This document shows positions 9,572 to 20,500 of a stretch of DNA of 64,000 nt, piece by piece. The DNA is taken from NCBI GenBank assembly GCA_043807135.1, contig JAZDGF010000003.1:72621-136620 (forward strand), in the 5' to 3' direction. The first letter of the stretch is position 1, and each line of letters begins with the position of its first letter. The stretch is from Candidatus Levyibacteriota bacterium (GTDB lineage Bacteria; Patescibacteriota; Microgenomatia; Levybacterales; UBA12049). The notes beneath the pieces were generated by a model, which saw only the letters and a program-made list of their open reading frames with translations, was not told where the DNA came from and made no database searches. Made by a program: the position numbers and the translations under genes.

Positions 9572-9838
9572 TTAATCAGAAATTGGATTATCTACGAAAT
9601 ATCTTGTAAGCTTAATGTTTTTTCTTAATCCAGACGCTTTTATTTTTCTAAAAACCAACGGAACAAAAACTATTAAAAAAGTAAATACTCCGAAAACAAA
9701 AGCTATTAAAAGAGCAAATGGGACTGATCCTTGAATTACCCAAACAGCAAAGTAAATCCAGGCAAAAGAGGATATTTGCAATATAAAAATTGCAAATAAA
9801 GCAAGTGCTCCCGCAACTAATAGTGCGTAATAGATCAT
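9572..9838 (-). CDS. Small integral membrane protein (2 TM), hypothetical
   Basis: The 88-aa protein has two long hydrophobic segments and a basic C-terminus. Confidence 0.5.
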   Translation of the reverse strand: MIYYALLVAGALALFAIFILQISSFAWIYFAVWVIQGSVPFALLIAFVFGVFTFLIVFVPLVFRKIKASGLRKNIKLTRYFVDNPISD

Positions 9839-9856
9839 ATTATTTCTCTAATTAAG

Positions 9857-9879
9857 AAAAAAGACCGCTTAGCGGTCTT
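9857..9879 (-). terminator. Rho-independent terminator downstream of maf
   Basis: Plus strand reads aaaaAAGACCGCttaGCGGTCTTaaa, a perfect 8-bp stem with a 3-nt loop. On the minus strand the hairpin is followed by UUUU(UU). Confidence 0.6.
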
Positions 9880-9949
9880 AAATTTACAGCTCAAAGCCAT
9901 GTTAAATCTTTCGTAATACATAAATCAATTAGACAAAGAGATACGGAAA

Positions 9950-10537
9950 CTATTTCCAATGACTACTTATATTAATACCAAATTCTTGTAGTGTTTTGCA
10001 AACAGCAAAAATTGGAAGACCTACTACATTAAAAAAATCTCCTTCTACTTTTTCAATAAATACCCCCGCTTTATCTTGAATCCCGTATGCTCCTGCCTTA
10101 TCCATTAGCTTACCTGTTTTTACATATACTTCTATTTCTTCCTTTGTAAGTTTTTTAAAATAAACTTTAGAAATAACTGATCTGGTTACGGACTTTTTTG
10201 TTTTAGTATCTAGAACAGTAAAACCGGTAATAACTGTATGCTTTCTACCAGATAGTTTTTGCAAAATCTCACTCGCATTCTTTTCAGAAGTTGGTTTCCC
10301 AATAATTTCTTTGTTTTGAACAACAATTGAATCAGCAGCAATTACAATTGCATTTTTATATTTTTTTAATATAGCATTTGCTTTTTGTCTGGATAATTTC
10401 TCAGCAAGTTTTTGAGGATTTTTTTCAACTATCAATTTTTCATCAATATTACTTACAACAACCTTAAATTTTAAGCCTATACTCTCTAGGAGCTGTTTTC
10501 TTCTTGGTGATCTTGATGCAAGTATTATTCTTTTCAT
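9950..10537 (-). CDS. maf: Maf-like nucleoside triphosphate pyrophosphatase / septum formation protein
   Basis: The 195-aa protein begins MKRIILASRSPRRKQLL and ends ...AGAYGIQDKAGVFIEKVEGDFFNVVGLP, Maf family motifs. Confidence 0.85.
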   Translation of the reverse strand: MKRIILASRSPRRKQLLESIGLKFKVVVSNIDEKLIVEKNPQKLAEKLSRQKANAILKKYKNAIVIAADSIVVQNKEIIGKPTSEKNASEILQKLSGRKHTVITGFTVLDTKTKKSVTRSVISKVYFKKLTKEEIEVYVKTGKLMDKAGAYGIQDKAGVFIEKVEGDFFNVVGLPIFAVCKTLQEFGINISSHWK

Positions 10538-10607
10538 TTAAAAGATCTTTTATTGAAGTTTTGAAAAGTCAACGATAACGATAAGTTTTATATGTTCTTT
10601 AAAAAAC

Positions 10608-12716
10608 CTATTCAACGCGTCCAGTAAAAGTAGACTTTGCAAGCATTTGTGAAACAATATTTTGTGGAACTTCTTCATAATGAGAAGGTTCCATATAATA
10701 ACTTGCTCTACCTTGTGACATAGAACGAAGTATTGTTGCATAACCTGATAATTCTGCCAGTGGTACTGTTGCTAAAATTATCGTTGCTTTTCCTCTTTCT
10801 TCAGTTCCCATAATTTGTGCTCTTTTTGAAGAAAGATCTCCAATAATATCTCCCATAAATTCACCTGGAGTTGTAACCTCAACCTTCATAATTGGTTCTA
10901 CAAGAGAAAGCTCTGCTTTTCTACAAGCTGTTTGAAGGGCCTGGCTTGCAGCAATCTTAAAAGCAACATCAGATGAATCAACATCATGAAAAGATCCATC
11001 ATAAACAGTTACACTCATATCAACTATTGGGTAACCAAGTAAAATTCCGTTCTCCATTGTTTCTTTAACGCCTTTTTCAATAGAAGTGATAAACTCAGCA
11101 GGAATTGCTCCTCCTTTAATTGCATTAACAAATTCATATCCTTCCCCTCTTGTTTTTGGCTCAACTCTAAGAAAACAGTGTCCATATTGTCCGCGTCCTC
11201 CGGATTGTCTTATATACTTTCCTTCTCCTTCTGCCGTGTTTTTAATAGTTTCTTTGTATGCAACTTGAGGAGCACCAACATTAGCCATAACATTAAACTC
11301 TCTTTTCATTCGATCAACCATAATTTCAAGCTGTAATTCTCCCATTCCTGAAATAATAGTTTGCCCTGTTTCATGGTTTGTTTTAATACTAAAAGTTGGG
11401 TCTTCTTCAGATAATCTTTTTAAAGCAAAACCGAGCTTTTCCTGATCTACTTTTGTTTTTGGCTCAATTGCCAAAGATATAACCGGCTCCGGGAAGGTAA
11501 TTTGTTCAAGAACAATAGGACTTTTTTCTTCGCAAAGTGTATCCCCTGTTCCCGTATCTTTAAGACCAACTAAGGCAACAATTTCCCCTGCATATGCTTC
11601 CTTAACTTCTTCTCTGTGATTTGCATGCATTAAAAGAATTCTTCCTATTCTTTCCCGCTTGTTTTTATTTGTGTTATAAATATATGAACCTGCTGCAGCT
11701 TTTCCAGAATAGACTCTAAAGTAGGTTAATTTTCCAACGTGAGGATCAATCTGAATCTTAAAAGCAAGCCCTGCAAAAGGTTCTTCAAAATCAGGCTTTC
11801 TTTCTTCTTCTTTTTCTGTTTTTGGATTAATCCCTTTAACTGCTCCAACATCCAAAGGCGATGGAAGATAGTCAATTACCGCATCAAGTAACGGTTGAAC
11901 TCCTTTGTTTCTTAAAGATGAACCTGCATAAATAGGAACCAGCTTATATGCAATAACCGCTCTTCTAAGTCCTGCTTTAAGTTCTTCTACAGATAATTCT
12001 TCGCCGTTTAAGTATTTTTCCATAAGAGCGTCATCATTTTCTGCTATTTTTTCAATTAACTTGTGTCTATATTCTTCAACTTGTTCTTTTAATTCTTCTG
12101 GAATTTCATCTGAAACTTCAAACTTTGCACCTAGTTGATCAGATCCCCAAATAAATGCTTTTTTAGTTAACAGATCAACTGTTCCTATAAAGCTTGATTC
12201 TACGCCGATTGGAAGCACCATAATTGCCGGATTTGCACCAAGCCTATTTTCAATAGATCTTATTGTTGCTAAAAAGTCCGCACCAAGTTTATCCATTTTG
12301 TTTACAAAGCAAATTCTTGGAACATTGTATTTATCTGCTTGTCTCCAGACTGTTTCAGACTGAGACTGAACACCTTCTTCAGCATCTAAAACTGTAATGC
12401 CTCCGTCTAATACACGCAAAGATCTTTCAACCTCTGCTGTAAAATCAACGTGTCCGGGAGTATCAATAATATTTATCCTGTGATCCTTCCAAAAAGCGGT
12501 AGTTGCAGCAGAAACAATGGTAATACCACGCTCTTTTTCCTGAACCATCCAGTCCATTTGTGTATTTCCTTCATCAATATCTCCAATCTTATACGTTCTT
12601 CCCGTATAAAAAAGAATACGCTCGGTTGTCGTGGTTTTACCCGCGTCAATATGCGCAATAATTCCAATGTTCCTAATTTTATCTAGTGTATAATCTTTTT
12701 TTGTTGGTTCTACCAT
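10608..12716 (-). CDS. fusA: Elongation factor G
   Basis: The 702-aa protein carries [20 protein letters not shown] and NKMD G-motifs, and EF-G domains IV and V. Confidence 0.97.
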   Translation of the reverse strand: MVEPTKKDYTLDKIRNIGIIAHIDAGKTTTTERILFYTGRTYKIGDIDEGNTQMDWMVQEKERGITIVSAATTAFWKDHRINIIDTPGHVDFTAEVERSLRVLDGGITVLDAEEGVQSQSETVWRQADKYNVPRICFVNKMDKLGADFLATIRSIENRLGANPAIMVLPIGVESSFIGTVDLLTKKAFIWGSDQLGAKFEVSDEIPEELKEQVEEYRHKLIEKIAENDDALMEKYLNGEELSVEELKAGLRRAVIAYKLVPIYAGSSLRNKGVQPLLDAVIDYLPSPLDVGAVKGINPKTEKEEERKPDFEEPFAGLAFKIQIDPHVGKLTYFRVYSGKAAAGSYIYNTNKNKRERIGRILLMHANHREEVKEAYAGEIVALVGLKDTGTGDTLCEEKSPIVLEQITFPEPVISLAIEPKTKVDQEKLGFALKRLSEEDPTFSIKTNHETGQTIISGMGELQLEIMVDRMKREFNVMANVGAPQVAYKETIKNTAEGEGKYIRQSGGRGQYGHCFLRVEPKTRGEGYEFVNAIKGGAIPAEFITSIEKGVKETMENGILLGYPIVDMSVTVYDGSFHDVDSSDVAFKIAASQALQTACRKAELSLVEPIMKVEVTTPGEFMGDIIGDLSSKRAQIMGTEERGKATIILATVPLAELSGYATILRSMSQGRASYYMEPSHYEEVPQNIVSQMLAKSTFTGRVE

Positions 12717-12732
12717 AGTTTAAATTTAGTCA

Positions 12733-12760
12733 AAAAAAACTTCCCCCTTCTAAAGGAAGC
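12733..12760 (-). promoter_or_regulatory. Terminator-like leader hairpin plus U8 ending about 16 nt before the fusA ATG
   Basis: Minus strand reads CUUCCUUU-agaa-AGGGGGAAG-UUUUUUUU. The stem has 5 Watson-Crick and 3 G-U pairs. Confidence 0.45.
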
Positions 12761-12902
12761 TATGCGTAGTATAGCATAAATTAACGGTTAATTACTATTT
12801 TCCATCTCTTTAAAAATGGATAGCTTTACGAGCACACCTTGTTCTTGGAAAACCATCGCTAATCTTTGATCAAATTGCTGTTCAATTTCTTGATAATATT
12901 AA

Positions 12903-13376
12903 TTAAAATCTAAAGTGGCTAAATGCACGGTTTGCCTCGGCCATTCTGTGAGCCGTATCTCTTTTCTTAATAGCTGCTCCTTGGTTTTCTACGGCATCTT
13001 TAAGTTCTACTGCCAGTTTTTCAGCAAAGGTATGATATTCTTTATTTGATCTTCCCCTTGCAGCCTCAATTATCCACCGCATGGATAAAGAAATTCTTCT
13101 ATCTCCTCTTACATCCATTGGAATTTGGTAAGAAGCTCCTCCGATTCTTTTAGCTTTTACTTCTTGCCTTGGACCAACATTTTGAATTGCTTTTTCAAAA
13201 GTCTCCAGGGGATTTATTCCACCTTTTTCAAGAAGCTCAAAAGCTTTGTATAAATTTTTCTCGGCAATAGTTTTTTTACCATCTTTCATTAATTTATTAA
13301 TGAATTTGGCAACCAGAAAGTTATTATAAATTTTATCTGCCGATATTTTTCTTTTTTCTGTTTTTTTATGTCTCAT
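12903..13376 (-). CDS. rpsG: 30S ribosomal protein S7
   Basis: The 157-aa S7 signature is present (..KKREEV.R.A.AN.AF..). Confidence 0.92.
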   Translation of the reverse strand: MRHKKTEKRKISADKIYNNFLVAKFINKLMKDGKKTIAEKNLYKAFELLEKGGINPLETFEKAIQNVGPRQEVKAKRIGGASYQIPMDVRGDRRISLSMRWIIEAARGRSNKEYHTFAEKLAVELKDAVENQGAAIKKRDTAHRMAEANRAFSHFRF

Positions 13377-13382
13377 ATTTTT

Positions 13383-13856
13383 TTACTCAACTGGTGCTAC
13401 CGATGGCGGTGTAGGCACTGAAGCAGACGCTGAAACTCCTGCTTTTCCTCCTCCACTCTTGGTTCCATATTTACTTCGTGATGTTTTTCTTCCTTCAACT
13501 CCTGTCAAATCAAATTTTCCCCTAACTATATGATATTTTACACCCGGTAGATCCTTAACCCTTCCTCCTCTTACTAGAACAATTCCATGCTCTGAAAGAG
13601 AATGTCCGATTCCCTGAATATATGCTGTAACTTCCATTTTATTAGAAAGTTTTACTCTTGCAACTTTTCTTAGAGCAGAATTTGGCTTTTTAGGAGTCAT
13701 TGTTTTAACCAATGTTACAACTCCTCTTTTTTGTGGAGCAATAAGGTTTTTGTATTCTCTATCTTTTGCATTAAAAAGACGACGTAAAGCATTTGAACGC
13801 GTCTTTTTAACTTTTTTAACTCTTCCCCTTTTTGATAATTGTGAAATTGTTGGCAT
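13383..13856 (-). CDS. rpsL: 30S ribosomal protein S12 with an Ala/Ser/Pro-rich C-terminal extension
   Basis: The 157-aa protein begins MPTISQL, contains [10 protein letters not shown], and ends with a roughly 30-aa tail [24 protein letters not shown]. Confidence 0.9.
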   Translation of the reverse strand: MPTISQLSKRGRVKKVKKTRSNALRRLFNAKDREYKNLIAPQKRGVVTLVKTMTPKKPNSALRKVARVKLSNKMEVTAYIQGIGHSLSEHGIVLVRGGRVKDLPGVKYHIVRGKFDLTGVEGRKTSRSKYGTKSGGGKAGVSASASVPTPPSVAPVE

Positions 13857-13878
13857 AATTTATTTAATAAGTACTGTA

Positions 13879-16800
13879 TTATACCTCATCTGCTGTTTTT
13901 CCTTCAACCGGAATGAGGCGACCGATGATAACATTTTCTTTAAGTCCTACTAATTTATCTACTGCACCTTCAAGTGCTGCTTCTGTTAAAACTTTTGTTG
14001 TCTCTTGAAAAGAAGATGCCGAAAGCCAAGAATCAGAAAATAGAGATGATTTAGTAATGCCAAGCAATGTTTGTCTTGCCGTTGCAGGCTCTCCTCCTTG
14101 AGAAAGAATTTCCGAGTTAATTTCTTCAAATCTTGCTCTAGTAATAAAATCACCGGGAACCAAAGCCGTATCTCCAACTGTTTCAACAATAACCTTGTCT
14201 GACATTTTTCTTAAAATTACCTCAAAATGCTTATCATTAATAACAATTCCTTGAGATTCATATACTCTTTGAGCTTCGTCAATAACGTATCTTTGTGCTT
14301 CTTTTAGACCGTTAATTTTTACAACTTCTTTTGGATCAAGATAACCTTGTGCAAGTTGTGTTCCAACAATTATATCTTGTCCATCTTTAACTGTTAAAGT
14401 TGCTGAGGCGGGAACAAAATATTCTTTTTCTTCAACCGGTTTAACTTTAGTGTTTTTAATTTTTAACACATGGCCGTCATCATTTGACTCAATCTTTAGT
14501 TTTCCTGAAACTTCTGAGATTGGGGAAAGATTTTTTGGTGTTCTCATTTCAAAAAGTTCTTCTACTCTTGGTAAACCTTGAGTAACGTCGCTCATTACTA
14601 CTCCTCCAAAATGTCTAACACGCATAGTAAGCTGAGTTCCCGGCTCTCCAATAGATTGAGCAGCAACTACTCCAACAGGAACTCCAACTTCAACAATTCT
14701 TTTGTTACTAAAATCAATTCCATAACATTTAGCACAAATCCCGTATTCCATTTCACAGGTCAAAGGAGATCTTATAACAACTTCTTCTACTTCTTCCTTA
14801 AGAATTTCTTTTGCTTTTTCTGAAGTTATTTCATCGCCTGCTTTGACGATTCTTTTCTTTGTTTTCTTAGAAACAATCTTTGACGCAGCAAACCTACCTA
14901 AGATTCTGTCTATAAAGTTTGCAGTTCTTTCTTCTTCATGTGCAGCAATAGTGACTCCTTCTTTTGTCCCACAATCTTCTCCTTTTACAATTACGTCATG
15001 GGATACATCAACTAAACGTCTTGTTAAATATCCTGCATTTGCAGTTTTTAAAGCAGAATCAGTTAATCCTTTTCTTGATCCTCTTGCTGATGCAACATAC
15101 TCAAAGATTGAAAGCCCTTCTCTAAAATTAGATTTAATTGGTAGTTCAACAATTTTTCCAAGCGGATCAAGAATAAGACCTCTCATTGCAGATAACTGTT
15201 TTAATTGCTCTTTTCCTGCTCTTGCACCTTCTGAGTCAATAATTGTTTTTATTACGTTTTCATCTTTTAAGTTATTCCAGGTAAGATCTGCAATTTTATC
15301 GGTTGTTTTTAGCCAAACTTCGTTTGAAAGTCTTTTCTTTTCCTCGTTTGTAATAAGTCCTGATTGATAATCTTCATCAATCTTTGTTATCTTTTTCTCT
15401 GCTTCTCCAATTAATTCTTCTTTTTCTAAAACTTCTTCGTTATCAAAAACCGATACTGAAATTCCAGATACGGTTGCACCGAAAAATCCAAGTGATTTAA
15501 TTCCATCAATAAGCTCTGTAACTTCATCATCTTCAATAACAGAGATAGCACTAGTAACAAGTTTTTTAATTCCGGATGCTTTAATTGGTTCATTTATAAA
15601 ACCAAATTCATCTGGAAGTTTTTCATTAAACATAATTCTTCCAAGTGACGTTTCAATAATTTCATTATTAACTTTTACCTTAATTAGTTCTCTTAGCAAA
15701 ATTTTATCAAATGAATATGCAAGATAAGCTTCATTAAAATCTGAAAAAGTCCTTGGGTCTTCTTTTCTTAAAGTTTCATCAAAAGTTGTAAGATAAAAAA
15801 TTCCAACTGCCATTTCCTTATTTGGAAGAGTAATCGGACTTCCATCTGCAGGCTTTAATAGATTATGACTTGGCATCATGAGTTTTATTGCTTCTTCCTG
15901 AGCTTTTTTTGAAAGTGGAATATGAACAGCCATCTGATCTCCATCAAAATCAGCGTTATATCCTGCACAGACACAAGGATGAAGAGAAATTGCAGCGCCT
16001 TCAATTAAAATTGGGTAAAATGCTTGAATTCCCAATTTATGTAGCGTTGGTGCACGATTGAGTAAAACCGGATGATTTTTAGTTATCTCTTCCAAAATGT
16101 CAAATACTTCAGGTGGTCTTTTTTCAATAAATCTTTTTGCACTCTTAATGTTTGGAGCATATCCTCTGACAATAACTTCACGAAGAACAAATGGTTTAAA
16201 CATTTCAAGAGCCATTTCTTTTGGAAGCCCACATTGAGAAAGTTTTAACTCAGGTCCAACAACAATAACCGATCTTCCTGAGTAATCTACTCTTTTTCCA
16301 AGAAGATTTTGTCTGAATCTTCCTTGTTTTCCACGAAGCATATCAGAAAGTGATCTTAATGGTGAAGAGATCGACTGTGATCCTCTTTGAGATGCATCTA
16401 TTAACGAATCTACTGCCTCCTGAAGCATTCTTTTTTCATTTCTTAAGATTATTTCAGGTGCACCAAGGGAAATTAAATGCTTGAGCCTGTTATTTCTATT
16501 AATTACTCTTCTGTAAAGATCGTTTAAATCAGATGTTGCAAATCTTCCCCCTGAAAGCTGAACCATAGGACGAAGGTCCGGTGGGATAACCGGAAGAACG
16601 CTCATGATAATATTTGCAGGAGAAACTCCGGCTTTTTTCATTACCTCAATAAGCCTTAGTCTTTTAATAACTTTTAGATATTTTTGTCCTTTTGATTTTT
16701 CTGCTTCTTTTCTTAAAGTTAATATTAATTCACTAAGATCAAGTTTATTTATAAGTTCTAAAAGTCCGTCTGTTCCGGTTTTAATGGTAAAAAATACCGG

Positions 16801-17595
16801 AATATCATATTCAAGAATCTTAAAGTACTCATCTTCTGATAAAACACTCCCCATTTTAAGGCTTTTAATAAGCTTTGAAAGAGCATCTGCAATCTCGTCA
16901 ACTTTTTTGCTCTCAGAACTAAATCTATCATTAAGCCTTGCAACTCTTTGTCTTTTTTGAAGATCAAGCTCTTGAAGAATTAATTCTTTTTGCTCAGGTT
17001 TTACTTTTATTTTCTTAGATTCTTTTTTCTTTTCTTCAATCTCTTTATCAATTTTCTTTTCCTCTTCAAGTATTTCTTCCTTTAATTGTTCTTTTCTCTT
17101 TTCAATATTTTTAGAAAGATCGCCCAAGCTTTGTTTTTTCTTTTCTTCATCAATTTCTGTAATAAGATAGGATGCGTAATAAACAACTGCTTCAAGGCTT
17201 TTTTGCGGCATATTCAAAATTAAAGGCAATGCTGAAGAAAGACCTTTGAAAAACCAGACATGAGCAACCGGTGCAGCTAATGCAATATGTCCCATTCTTT
17301 CACGTCTTACTCTTGAAAGGGTAACCTCAACTCCACATTTGTCGCAAATTATTCCTCTATTTCTAATTCTTTTGTATTTTCCGCAATAACATTCCCAATC
17401 CTTAGTTGGACCAAAAATTCTTTCATCAAAAAGACCTGCTTTTTCCGGTCTTAAAGTTCTGTAGTTAATTGTTTCAGGCTTTGTTACTTCTCCGTAAGAC
17501 CACCTTAAAACATCTTCTTTTGAAGCAAGTAAGATTTTTAATGATTTGAAATCTAAGATTGTTAAATCTTTTGCTTTTTTATTATCGTTATTCAT
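13879..17595 (-). CDS. rpoC: DNA-directed RNA polymerase subunit beta-prime
   Basis: The 1238-aa protein has a zinc finger CYCGKYKRIRNRGIICDKCGVEV and the catalytic NADFDGDQM motif. Confidence 0.97.
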   Translation of the reverse strand: MNNDNKKAKDLTILDFKSLKILLASKEDVLRWSYGEVTKPETINYRTLRPEKAGLFDERIFGPTKDWECYCGKYKRIRNRGIICDKCGVEVTLSRVRRERMGHIALAAPVAHVWFFKGLSSALPLILNMPQKSLEAVVYYASYLITEIDEEKKKQSLGDLSKNIEKRKEQLKEEILEEEKKIDKEIEEKKKESKKIKVKPEQKELILQELDLQKRQRVARLNDRFSSESKKVDEIADALSKLIKSLKMGSVLSEDEYFKILEYDIPVFFTIKTGTDGLLELINKLDLSELILTLRKEAEKSKGQKYLKVIKRLRLIEVMKKAGVSPANIIMSVLPVIPPDLRPMVQLSGGRFATSDLNDLYRRVINRNNRLKHLISLGAPEIILRNEKRMLQEAVDSLIDASQRGSQSISSPLRSLSDMLRGKQGRFRQNLLGKRVDYSGRSVIVVGPELKLSQCGLPKEMALEMFKPFVLREVIVRGYAPNIKSAKRFIEKRPPEVFDILEEITKNHPVLLNRAPTLHKLGIQAFYPILIEGAAISLHPCVCAGYNADFDGDQMAVHIPLSKKAQEEAIKLMMPSHNLLKPADGSPITLPNKEMAVGIFYLTTFDETLRKEDPRTFSDFNEAYLAYSFDKILLRELIKVKVNNEIIETSLGRIMFNEKLPDEFGFINEPIKASGIKKLVTSAISVIEDDEVTELIDGIKSLGFFGATVSGISVSVFDNEEVLEKEELIGEAEKKITKIDEDYQSGLITNEEKKRLSNEVWLKTTDKIADLTWNNLKDENVIKTIIDSEGARAGKEQLKQLSAMRGLILDPLGKIVELPIKSNFREGLSIFEYVASARGSRKGLTDSALKTANAGYLTRRLVDVSHDVIVKGEDCGTKEGVTIAAHEEERTANFIDRILGRFAASKIVSKKTKKRIVKAGDEITSEKAKEILKEEVEEVVIRSPLTCEMEYGICAKCYGIDFSNKRIVEVGVPVGVVAAQSIGEPGTQLTMRVRHFGGVVMSDVTQGLPRVEELFEMRTPKNLSPISEVSGKLKIESNDDGHVLKIKNTKVKPVEEKEYFVPASATLTVKDGQDIIVGTQLAQGYLDPKEVVKINGLKEAQRYVIDEAQRVYESQGIVINDKHFEVILRKMSDKVIVETVGDTALVPGDFITRARFEEINSEILSQGGEPATARQTLLGITKSSLFSDSWLSASSFQETTKVLTEAALEGAVDKLVGLKENVIIGRLIPVEGKTADEV

Positions 17596-17598
17596 TTA

Positions 17599-20500
17599 TT
17601 AGTTATTCTCCTTTTCCGTTTGTTTAAGATCTTTGGCAACGCTTTCTTCTCCTACTTCCCCAACATGTACTCCTTGATCTTCTTCTAAGACTTCTTTTTC
17701 ACCAAGTTCTCCTGCAAGCTCTTTTACCTGCTCTTCTACTTTTTCCGCTACTATTTCTTTTTCTTCTGTTTTTACTTCTTCTTCTTTATCAGCAATTTTT
17801 GCATCAATTGGTATAACATTTAAACCAAGTGCCTGAAGCTCTTTAATAAGAACCTTAAAGGATTCAGGAACTTTTGGTGTTGGAATATCAGTTCCTTTAA
17901 CAATTGCTTCAAAAGCTTTTGCACGTCCAACAACATCATCTGATTTAATGGTCAACATTTCCTGCAAAGTGTATCTTGCCCTATGCGCCTCAAGTGCCCA
18001 AACTTCCATTTCTCCAAGTCTTTGTCCGCCCATTTGGGCTTTTCCTCCTAATGGTTGCTGAGTAACTAAAGAGTATGGACCGGTTGATCTTGCGTGAGTT
18101 TTATCTTCTACCATGTGAATTAATTTCATCATGTATTCAATTCCTACAACTACCGGTTTATCATATGCTTTTCCGGTTCTTCCGTCGTAAAGCACTGCTT
18201 TTCCACTAACTGGAAAGTTTGCTTTTTTTAAATCATTAATAATTTTTTCTTCTTTTACTTTTTCAAAAACCGGAATTGCGTACTTAGTGTTTAATCTATA
18301 TCCGGCAATTCCAAGATGAGCTTCCAAGAGCTGACCCAAATTCATACGAGCAAGTACGGAAATAGGAGATATTATTATGTCAACTGGTGTTCCATCTGCA
18401 AGGTGAGGCATATCAACTTCCGGAAGAATCTTTGAGATAACCCCTTTGTTTCCATGCCTTCCAGCAAGCTTATCTCCAACAACCACATGTCTTAATTGCG
18501 CTACCTCGACAATAATTTTTCTTAAAGCTCCAGGTTCAAGTTCATCACCTTTTTTTCGATCTAGAATTTGAACATTAACAACTGTTCCACGCTCTCCATG
18601 AGGTATTCTTAAGGAAGTATCTCTTACTTCTCTAGCCTGTTCTCCAAAGATTGCTCTTAATAGTCTTTCTTCTGCGGTAAGTTCGGTTTCTCCTTTTGGT
18701 GCAATTTTTCCAACAATAATATCTCCTGATGAAACTTCCGATCCTACAACAACTATTCCTTCTTCATCAAGGTTTGCCAAATCTTCTTCTGAGACATTTG
18801 GAATATCTCTGGTTGTTTCTTCAGGGCCTAATTTTGTTTCAACTACTACTGCTTCATATTTTTCAAGATGAATAGAGGATAAAACATCTTCTTTAACTAA
18901 TCTGTCAGAAATTACAATTGCATCTTCATATCCAAGACCATCAAAAGAAGTGTAGGCAATAATTAAGTTTTGACCTAGAGCAAGTTCTCCTTTTTGAGAA
19001 GCAGGACCATCAATTAAAAGATCTCCTTTTTTTACTTTTTCTCCTGTAATTACCATGGCTTTTTGAGTATACGCGGTTGCCTGAGAAGTTCTTTTGAATG
19101 AACTAATAATATAGGTTTCTTCTTCTTTTTTACCCTTTCCTTTAATCGTTATTCTGTTTGCATCTGCATAAGTAACAGTTGCGTCAAAAGGAGCCCTAAC
19201 TACTCTATTCATAACTTGAGAAATTTCTTTTTCCATGCCGGTTCCGACAATTGGGCTTTCTGGTTTAAGAAGCGGTACTGCCTGGCACTGCATATGAGTT
19301 CCCATAAGTGCTCTGTTTGCTTCGTCATGAGAAACAAATGGAATAAGAGATGCTGCTGATCCAACAACCTGCCTAGGAACAATATCTACGTATTCAATGT
19401 TCTCTTTATCAGTTTCAATAAATTCTCCCTTGTGTCTTGCAGGAACACGAGCAGAAGCAATAGTTCCATCATCTTCTAAAACAGTTGTATGGGTAATATA
19501 ATGATTTCTCTCGTCTTCAGTATCAATATAGACAAGTTCATCAGTTGCTTTTATAATGGCTTTCTTACCTTTTTTTTGATGAACTACTTTTCTGTATGGA
19601 GTTTCTAAAAAACCAAACTCATTTACTTTAGCATACAAAGCAAGGTAGGTAACAAGTCCTATGTTTGGTCCTTCAGGACTTCTGATCGGACAAATTCTTC
19701 CATACTGAGAAGCATTAATATCACGAATTGAGAAAGCTGCTCTTTCTCTTGAAATTCCGCCGGTTCCCATAACAGTAAGTCTGTTTAAATTGTCTATTTC
19801 TGAAAGTGGATTTGTCTGATCAAGAATGGTTGAGAGCTGAGAGGTTCTGAAGAATTCATTAATAGATGCCATAATCGGTCTTGCGTTAATTAATCCGGCA
19901 ATTGAGGTTGGCTGATCAAGCTGAATAAGACTCATTCTCTCTTTTACCGATCTTTCAAGCCTTAAAGCACCAATTCTAAAAGCAGTATTTGCTACCAGTT
20001 CCCCAACACACCTAACTCTTCTATTAGAAAGGCTGTCAATATCATCTACCCCATCCTTTCCTCTTGAAAGTCCGATTAAATAACTTATTGTTGCGACAAT
20101 ATCATCTAAAACTAGCGTCCTAACAGTCTCTTCTGCAGGAGTAAATCCGGGAACTTTTTTAAGTTTTTTATTCATTTTGTATCTTCCGACTTTTCCCAGA
20201 TCATATCTTCGTGAATTAAAAAACATTCCATTAAAGTTTTCTCTTACTTTATCTAAAACTATTGGTTCCCCCGGATGCATTTTTCTAAAAATCTCAACAA
20301 GTGCGGTTGCAGAATCTCCGGTTTCATCTTTTTTTAAAGTATTTGCAATATATGCTGTTTCTCCATCTACTTCAAGATCTTTAAATCTCTCTTTTATTTC
20401 ATCATTTGAAGAAATTCCAATTGCTCTTAAAAAAGTAGTTGCCGGAAACTTTCTTCTTCTGTCAATTTTAACCATAATTGTTTCGTGTCTGGTGGTAGAA

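Noticed and set aside
8300-17000. Internal or antisense ORFs within tuf, fusA, rpsL and rpoC (8300-8569, 8734-8922, 10550-10741, 11086-11268, 12450-12686, 12473-12667, 13750-13953, 13986-14189, 14578-14823, 14843-15367, 16604-16960, 16758-16967)
   Set aside because: They overlap high-confidence conserved genes in other frames or strands and have no motifs.
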